From Squalus acanthias (lineage: Eukaryota), in assembly GCA_030390025.1 (NCBI GenBank), contig CM059432.1, forward strand, positions 151,592,001 to 151,656,000: a DNA stretch of 64,000 nucleotides, in the 5' to 3' direction. Shown here piece by piece: positions 62,729-64,000 of the stretch. A program made the translations under genes and the position numbers. Within the stretch, counting starts at the first letter, position 1. Each line of letters starts with the position of its first letter. The notes under the pieces were generated by a model. It made no database searches. It saw only the letters and a list, made by a program, of their open reading frames with translations, and had not been told where the DNA came from.

Positions 62729-64000
62729 TCCTATGGGCTTTAATTTTGCTAACAAGCCGAGTATCTGGTACTTTATCAAATGCCTTTTGAAAGTCCATAT
62801 ACACACAAACTGCACTGCCCTCATCCACCCTCTCTGTTACCTCATCAAAAAACTCAAATCAAGTTAGTCAAATACGATTTACCTTTAACAAATCCATGCT
62901 GGCTCTCCTTTATTAGTCCATGCTTGTCCAAGTGGCTGTTAATTTTCTCCTGGATTATTGTTTCTAAAAGCTTCCCCACCACCGACGTTAAACTGACTGG
63001 CCTGTAATTGCCGGGTTTATCCTTCTCCCATTTTTTTGAACAACATTTACAATCCTCCAGGCCTTTGACACCACCCCAGTATCTAAGGAGGATTGGAAGA
63101 TTGTGGCCAGCACCTCCGCAATTGCTACCCTGACTTCCCTCACTAACCTAGGATGCATCCCATTCGGACCAGGTGATTTATCCACTTTAATTACTGTCAG
63201 CCTTTTCAGTACCTCCTTTTTATCTATTTTTACCTCATCCAGTATCCCAGGAACCTCCTCGATTACAAAGTCCTCTTGGTAAACACCGATGCAAAGTACT
63301 CATTTAGTACCTCAGCCACGCCTTCTGCCTCCAATGATAGTTCTCCATTTTGGCCCCTATTCGGCCCCACCACTTGCCTGACAACTCTTGTACTGTTAAT
63401 ATGCCTATAGGAGACTTGTGAATTCCCCTTTGTTAGCTGCCAATCTATTCTCGTACTGTCTCTTTGCCCCCCTTAATTCCTTTTTCACTTCTCTTCTGTA
63501 CTTTTTATATTCAGTCTGATTCTCCCTTGTATTATCAAGCTGACATCTGTCATGTGCCCCTTTTTCTGCTTCATCCTACTCTCCAACTCCTTTGTTATCC
63601 TGGGAGCTCTGGCTTTGCTTGCCCTCCCTTTCCCCCTTGTAGGAATGTACCTTGACTGCACCCGAACCACCTCCTCTTTAAAGGTGCCCATTACTCCACT
63701 ATAAAAAATGCCGAATTGTGATGGCCTGTTTCTATAATGTTTTGATGCATGCCTCACTGCCAGTTTCAGGTGGTGGTAGTCTTCAGAAACTTTTGATATT
63801 TGGAAATTCATCCACAATTTTTTCTTGTTGCACACTTCTTACCTTGGTGTTACTTAATCACAGAAATATTCTTTATACATTTCCATAATAACTTTTTGAC
63901 ATGGCCAGAAAAATATGGGCATAACAGTTTTTAAGAATGCACATTGCATGTATGTTTTTTCTTGTCTTCTTTACTGTTAGTTTGCTCCTCATAGTATTCC

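Larger units (their letters stand above)
60655..63700 (-). mobile_element. CR1 hosting a Harbinger MITE and a SINE
   Basis: gaatcatagaa tail at ~60652; ORF2 remnants 60725-61030, 61561-62046, 62988-63185 and 63485-63700. Confidence 0.85.

Noticed and set aside
54752..64000. Next CLASP exon (VRDAA...) or short-isoform first exons
   Set aside because: Candidate AG sites near 59742 and 59922 did not give CLASP-like peptides; the exon probably lies beyond the window.

Overview
Eukaryotic, repeat-dense intronic DNA, most likely from a shark (inferred from CR1/L2-dominated content, DeuSINE-like and HE1-like SINEs and Penelope hammerheads). The window lies inside a CLASP-family gene on the + strand, probably CLASP2. 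Four small in-phase GT-AG coding exons of the N-terminal TOG/HEAT region are present (18174-18252, 52163-52266, 53858-53949, 54676-54751). Most of the rest is nested transposons: many CR1 and L2 LINEs (one with an uninterrupted 916-aa APE-RT ORF), a near full-length CpG-rich Tx1-clade element, Penelope fragments with hammerhead ribozyme motifs, a solo LTR, and hAT and Harbinger-like MITEs. The most striking observation is a ~1.07-kb non-autonomous hAT-type element (3444-4518, 8-bp TSD GTTTAACA). It carries a copy of the 5' end of the TPP2 gene: a ZNF143/Staf-like motif, a strong-Kozak ATG, an open exon-1 frame and a phase-0 splice donor. It lies in sense orientation and in phase with the next CLASP exon, so it is a candidate mobile promoter-plus-first-exon cassette. 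All family assignments come from motif recognition by eye; no database search was run, and repeat boundaries without a TSD are approximate.
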